64,000 nt of DNA, taken from positions 13,177-77,176 of the forward strand of contig JAUCBJ010004780.1 in assembly GCA_032718475.1 (NCBI GenBank), read 5' to 3'. Source of the DNA: Nemertoderma westbladi. Taxonomy: Eukaryota; Animalia; Xenacoelomorpha. The translations under genes were made by a program, and so were the position numbers. This document shows positions 60,254 through 64,000 of this stretch, in pieces; positions within the stretch are counted from its first letter, which is position 1, and each line of letters starts with the position of its first letter. The notes under the pieces are model-generated. The model did no database searches and had not been told where the DNA came from. It worked only from the letters and a program-made list of their open reading frames with translations.

Positions 60254-60458
60254 ATTCAACACATACGCTGCTTTCGAATACTCTGGAGGTTAAACTTCCT
60301 CTAAATCGGGGGAGCATTATCTACCCCGGGGACAGACAACCAATAGCTGGGCAGGAAGAGACACAGCATAGAGAGTATATGGTAGTTACACCGCTGGCGA
60401 AGACGCCAAAGGAGCCACAGAGCGGTGTCTTTACACCGGTGGTGCAAACACAACAGAG
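60254..60458 (+). CDS. Host gene exon K
   Basis: atgcag| ... AG|gtaggc; DSTHTLLSNTLEVKLP completes the FN3 G strand; phase 1 to 2. Confidence 0.82.
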
Positions 60459-61003
60459 GTAGGCACAACAGCTCCCAAACCGGCAACGAACGTATTAATT
60501 ATATCAGTATGTTCACCTGTTTTAACGTGTAATTGTCACTCACTGACCCACAATAGTATCTAGTCCAGTATAGTGAGTGGCCTTCCATGATAAAGATCCG
60601 AGGTTCCAAACCGTGTCAAACCAGTTACGATTACGTTACAGTTCGGTCATAAAACGATATTCGTTTTTGGCTTCTGGTTGAGTGGGAGATAGAGGAAAGC
60701 TTACTACAGTACTATTGACTCCAATGTTGCGTGTTTAATCTTTAACTACAGTAGGCCTATCACTTTTCTTCTCATGTACGTTCTAGTTAAACGCTCACAG
60801 CCAATTAAAACATGTTATTGTGAATCACTCCTTATTCATTGAATCACAACTGTTAATTATCTTTCGTTTGTAATCAGTAGGTATAATTATTCTTTATATG
60901 GTACAATATTAAATGACAAAAAATTAAATATAATTTTATTCCATATGCAGTATACCATTAACAACTGAATTTTATTTACGTAACATTTGTTATATAATAT
61001 TAG

Positions 61004-61457
61004 CAGCACAAAGGATGTCGGATTATTGGGAACGCCTGGATCTGCATCGCCACCCGGAAACAACCAGAACGATACGGTTTCCCACCAAACTCTGTCACCC
61101 AATCGGTCAGACGTCGGGGAGAAGTCCGGCAACCTCCATCCCCAGCGCTCGGAGAAGGACAATAGACAAACCTTCTCCCCTCAACCCTCTGATTCCGAGA
61201 AATTCTACAGACAGACTCTCTCCCCGACTCGTACAGATTCTGAACATTTCCACAGACAGACTTTGACACCGCGGCCATCCAGTCGTGGTGAACCGGCAGT
61301 TACCGCACGTCGAACTGTCCATTACGGTGATGGAGAGGCCCAGCCGACGGATGATGGTGGTGACGTCATCGGAAGTCAACCTGTTACCACGCAACCATCA
61401 GTTGCGGAACTAGCTCCAATGCCAATTATTGTAACTACTTCCGAGGATGACGTTAAG
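61004..61457 (+). CDS. Host gene exon L (Ser/Pro/Thr-rich linker); tandem TAGCAG acceptor
   Basis: tag|cag| both in phase 2; donor AAG|gtaaca; repeated RQT(L/F)(S/T)P motifs. Confidence 0.8.
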
Positions 61458-61832
61458 GTAACATAAAACTGAAACAAGTTTAGGTGTATCTTCGGTCCTG
61501 TACAACAGACAACATAGCAGACATAATGTTACATCCGAGATCCAGTATTTTAATGTACCTATAATTATAATATATAATTTTGTACCAGTATCACTTCGAT
61601 TTAGGCCTACGATAAAAAATCAAATTTTAAGAAATTTAAGGCCTATTTACTTCAAGATTTATAACCTGCCACTTTATAAAATTACGGTGATTTTAATATC
61701 GGATTTTAATAGAGATGAGAAAAACAACTTTCACCCACCGTAAATAGTTCTACATTATAGACATCCCATTCTAACTCCAAAGTTACATAATATTTCCACT
61801 TTCTAATAAAATAATGTTTCTAATAATTTCAG

Positions 61833-62005
61833 TTAACTAATCTTGGAATAGAACCACCTGAATTCACGATAGAGCAGACGGTTGTTGATGAAGTTGTTAT
61901 AACATGGAATCAATCGCAGCCAGCCAATCGTAAAGCTCAGTTATTGTATCACGTGATCAATGTTGTGGGTCACCGGTTTACTGATGCAGTCGATAGCAAC
62001 TCTAA
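61833..62005 (+). CDS. Host gene exon M (start of a further FN3-like domain); gene continues beyond the window
   Basis: atttcag| ... AA|gtaagt; LTNLGIEPPEFTIEQTVVDEVVITWNQSQP...LLYHVINVVG, open throughout. Confidence 0.8.
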
Positions 62006-62059
62006 GTAAGTAATCTATGTCTAAGAGGAGGCTCATTCGCCTCTGTCAGATTTATGAGT

Positions 62060-64000
62060 GAGGATCCATATAGTCACTACGATAGATACCGAGAGAGGAT
62101 CCATATAGTCACTACGATAGATACCGAGAGAGGATCCATATAGTCACTACGATAGATACCGTGCGAGGATCCATATAGTCGCCTCCAATAGATATCGAGA
62201 TAGGATACATATAGTCGCCCCCGGTAGATACCGAGGGAGGATCCATATAGTCGTCTGCAGTAGATACCGAGAGAGGATCCATATTGCCGCCTCCGGTGTA
62301 TATCGAAGGAGGATCCATATAGTCGCCTCCGGTTGATACCGAGAGAGGATCATATAGTCGCCTCTGATAGATACCGAGGGACGATCCATTTAGTCGCCTC
62401 CGAAATATATCGTGCGAGGATCCATATTGTCGCCTCCGGTGTATATCGAAGGAGGATCCATATAGTCGCCTCCGGTTGATACCGAGAGAGGATCCCTATA
62501 GTCGCCTCCGTTAGATACCGAGAGAGGATCGATATAGTCGCCTCCGATATATACCGAGGGAGGATCCATATAGTCGCCTCCGATATATACCGAGGGAGGA
62601 TCCATATAATCGCCTCCAGTAGATATCGAGATAGGATCCATATAGTCACCCCCGGTAGATACCGAGGGAGGATCCATATAGTCACCCCCGGTAGATACCG
62701 AGGGGGGATCCAAATAGTCGTCTCCGGTTGATACCGAGTGAGGATCCATATAGTCGTCTGCAGTATATACCGAGAGAGGATCCATAAGTCGCCTCCGGTG
62801 TATATCGATGGAGGATCCATATAGTCGCCTCCGATATATACCGAGGGAGGATCCATATAATCGCCTCCAGTAGATATCGAGATAGGATCCATATAGTCAC
62901 CCCCGGTAGATACCGAGAGAGGATCCATATAGTCGCCTCCGTTAGATACCGAGAGAGGATCCATATAGTCGCCTCCGATATATACCGAGGGAGGATCCAT
63001 ATAGTCGCCTCCGATATATACCGAGGGAGGATCCATATAATCGCCTCCAGTAGATATCGAGATAGGATCCATATAGTCACCCCCGGTAGATACCGAGGGA
63101 GGATCCATATAGTCACCCCCGGTAGATACCGAGGGGGGATCCAAACAGTCGTCTCCGGTTGATACCGAGTGAGGATCCATATAGTCGTCTGCAGTATATA
63201 CCGAGAGAGGATCCATATAGTCGCCTCCGGTGTATATCGATGGAGGATCCATATAGTCGCCTCCGTTAGATACCGAGAGAGGATCATATAGTCGCCTCCG
63301 ATAGATACCGAGGGACGATCCATATAGTTGCCTCCGATAGATACCGAGGGAAGATCCATATAGTCGCCTCCAGTAGATATCGAGATAGGATCCATATAGT
63401 CACCCACGGTAGATACCGAGGGAGGATCCATATAGTCACCCCCGGTAGATACCGAGGGGGGATCCAAATAGTCGTCTCCGGTTGATACCGAGTGAGGGTC
63501 CATATAGTCGTCTGCAGTATATACCGAGAGAGGATCCATAAGTCGCCTCCGGTGTATATCGATGGAGGATCCATATAGTCGCCTCCGATATATACCGAGG
63601 GAGGATCCATATAATCGCCTCCAGTAGATATCGAGATAGGATCCATATAGTCACCCCCGGTAGATACCGAGGGAGGATCCATATAGTCACCCCCGGTAGA
63701 TACCGAGGGGGGATCCAAACAGTCGTCTCCGGTTGATACCGAGTGAGGATCCATATAGTCGTCTGCAGTATATACCGAGAGAGGATCCATATAGTCGCCT
63801 CCGGTGTATATCGATGGAGGATCCATATAGTCGCCTCCGTTAGATACCGAGAGAGGATCATATAGTCGCCTCCGATAGATACCGAGGGACGATCCATATA
63901 GTTGCCTCCGATAGATACCGAGGGAAGATCCATATAGTCGCCTCCAGTAGATATCGAGATAGGATCCATATAGTCACCCCCGGTAGATACCGAGGGAGGA
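62060..64000. repeat. 36-bp minisatellite with higher-order structure, runs off the window
   Basis: Unit close to GAGGATCCATATAGTCGCCTCCGGTAGATACCGAGG with a BamHI site in most copies; variant order recurs at a 574-bp offset. Confidence 0.97.

Noticed and set aside
62060-64000. 36-bp periodic array and its GGDYMDP ORFs as a CRISPR array or repeat protein
   Set aside because: No unique spacers, no cas genes, eukaryotic intron context; frequent 1-bp deletions break the frame.

Overview
AT-rich invertebrate-like animal genomic DNA with a nested-gene layout. Thirteen + strand exons (8270-62005) splice in one open frame of about 917 codons encoding tandem cupredoxin-like repeats, a CHB_HEX_C/Fn3-associated domain and several FN3 domains; the gene has no start or stop inside the window. 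Its inferred 39.4-kb intron (20230-59624) holds six intact genes: ATP6V1B, NOP16, a syntaxin-7/12, a C2H2 zinc-finger gene, an Mpr1-like GNAT acetyltransferase and an ACP2-like lysosomal acid phosphatase. An SLCO/OATP transporter and EIF3K lie upstream, probably in the preceding intron. All eight of these genes have zero or one coding intron, while the host is intron-rich. The intervening DNA holds non-autonomous DNA transposons with readable TSDs (hAT-, P-, Merlin- and foldback-like), RTE-type LINE fragments, tRNA-derived elements and several minisatellites, one of which amplifies the acid phosphatase stop-codon region about 41 times. All exon structures were read by eye and have no transcript support.
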